A DNA stretch of 64,000 nucleotides from Minisyncoccota bacterium (lineage in GTDB: Bacteria; Patescibacteriota; Minisyncoccia; Phycocordibacterales; Phycocordibacteraceae), in NCBI GenBank assembly GCA_017991635.1, contig JAGOQE010000002.1, positions 100,237 through 164,236 on the forward strand, read 5' to 3'. The notes beneath the pieces were generated by a model. It saw nothing but the letters and a program-made list of their open reading frames with translations, was not told where the DNA came from and ran no database searches. Positions within the stretch are counted from its first letter, which is position 1. Every line of letters begins with the position of its first letter. A program made the position numbers and the translations under genes. Below are positions 63,278 through 64,000 of the stretch, piece by piece.

Positions 63278-64000
63278 GTTTGTTTATTTTGGTACACCCG
63301 ATGTCGCACGCGACACGCTAGCAATTCTCCTTGAGCATGGGCTTACGCCTTCACTAGTCGTCTCTTCACCCGATAGATCTCAGGGTCGTGGCCTCACACT
63401 CACACCAAGTGAGACGAGTGTATTTGCTACTGAACATAACCTACCGCTCATCACACCTGAAGTGCTCGATGCCGAGACAATTGGACGAATCAAAGGTGAA
63501 GGTGCTGACATTGGAATTGTCGTGGCCTACGGAAAGATACTTCCCCAAGAACTCATTGATGTCTTCCCACACGGCATGGTGAATGTGCATTATTCCCTTT
63601 TGCCCAAGTATCGCGGAGCGTCTCCAGTTGAGAGTGCTCTCCTTAATGGCGAGGAAGTAACCGGCGTGACTGTGCAGAGACTTGTTCGCAAAATGGATGC
63701 AGGAGACATTCTGGGTACTTCTGAAGTTACTATTACTGATACTGAAACAACGAAAGAACTTCGCGGACGACTCATACCGCTTGGCGCAGAACTTCTTATT
63801 GAAGTACTACCAAACTTTATGGACGGTACGCTGACACCTATTCCTCAGGACGAGTCACTCGTCTCTCGTGCAGGAAAGTTTAGAAAGGAAGACGGCTGTC
63901 TTGATTTACATAGTGACGCACGTACAAACTGGAGGAAGTACCGAGCGTTCTTCGTGTCTCCAGGTACACACTTTTTCTATGAGAGAAATGGCAAATCAAC
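63270..64000 (+). CDS. fmt: Methionyl-tRNA formyltransferase (partial, runs off the right edge)
   Basis: ATG at 63270 overlapping the def stop. 'FVYFGTPDVA...', 'VVAYGKILP', 'NVHYSLLPKYRGASPV' formyltransferase motifs. Confidence 0.85.
   Translation, partial: MPKFVYFGTPDVARDTLAILLEHGLTPSLVVSSPDRSQGRGLTLTPSETSVFATEHNLPLITPEVLDAETIGRIKGEGADIGIVVAYGKILPQELIDVFPHGMVNVHYSLLPKYRGASPVESALLNGEEVTGVTVQRLVRKMDAGDILGTSEVTITDTETTKELRGRLIPLGAELLIEVLPNFMDGTLTPIPQDESLVSRAGKFRKEDGCLDLHSDARTNWRKYRAFFVSPGTHFFYERNGKS

Noticed and set aside
1-64000. CRISPR arrays, rRNA genes, transposases or integrases
   Set aside because: No regularly spaced direct repeats, no rRNA-like conserved stretches, and no DDE/tyrosine-recombinase-like ORFs were seen in this window.

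Overview
The window looks like a compact, gene-dense bacterial chromosome segment, mostly transcribed on the minus strand. The background is moderately AT-rich. Patescibacteria/CPR-like affinity is an inference only, based on small proteins, a PriA without a Walker A motif, a σ70-region-4-only protein and a truncated ribosomal cluster.

Recognisable housekeeping content:
- tyrS next to tRNA-Tyr, plus lysS, alaS and an ABC-F protein.
- A grpE-dnaK-dnaJ chaperone operon.
- A ribosomal/rpoA cluster: infA-rpmJ-rpsM-rpsK-rpsD-rpoA-rplQ-rplM-rpsI.
- ung, ogt-like, mnmA, mltG, mreB, murA, a priA-like gene, and def-fmt.

Accessory content that stands out:
1. A membrane-lipid remodelling cluster at the left edge: UbiA prenyltransferase, BtaA/DUF3419-like, NAD-dependent reductase/epimerase, PlsC acyltransferase, cyclopropane-fatty-acid synthase and three membrane proteins.
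2. A candidate graspetide (RiPP) locus: a microviridin MdnC/MvdD-type ATP-grasp ligase with a sensor histidine kinase and two candidate small precursor ORFs.
3. Several short GC-rich islands whose codon usage differs from the surrounding genes. Each encodes exported or membrane-anchored proteins or a small ribbon-helix-helix protein. One island sits between duplicated about 30-bp hairpins inside the dnaK-dnaJ operon.
4. A Kazal-like secreted protein.
5. A HEPN/DUF4145-like gene in an AT-rich patch.
6. A nuclease pair (Cas4-like PD-(D/E)xK plus ATP-cone::Mrr-like) embedded in a repair operon.
7. An about 350-nt promoter-to-terminator structured intergenic RNA candidate upstream of def.

No CRISPR array, rRNA or transposase was seen.
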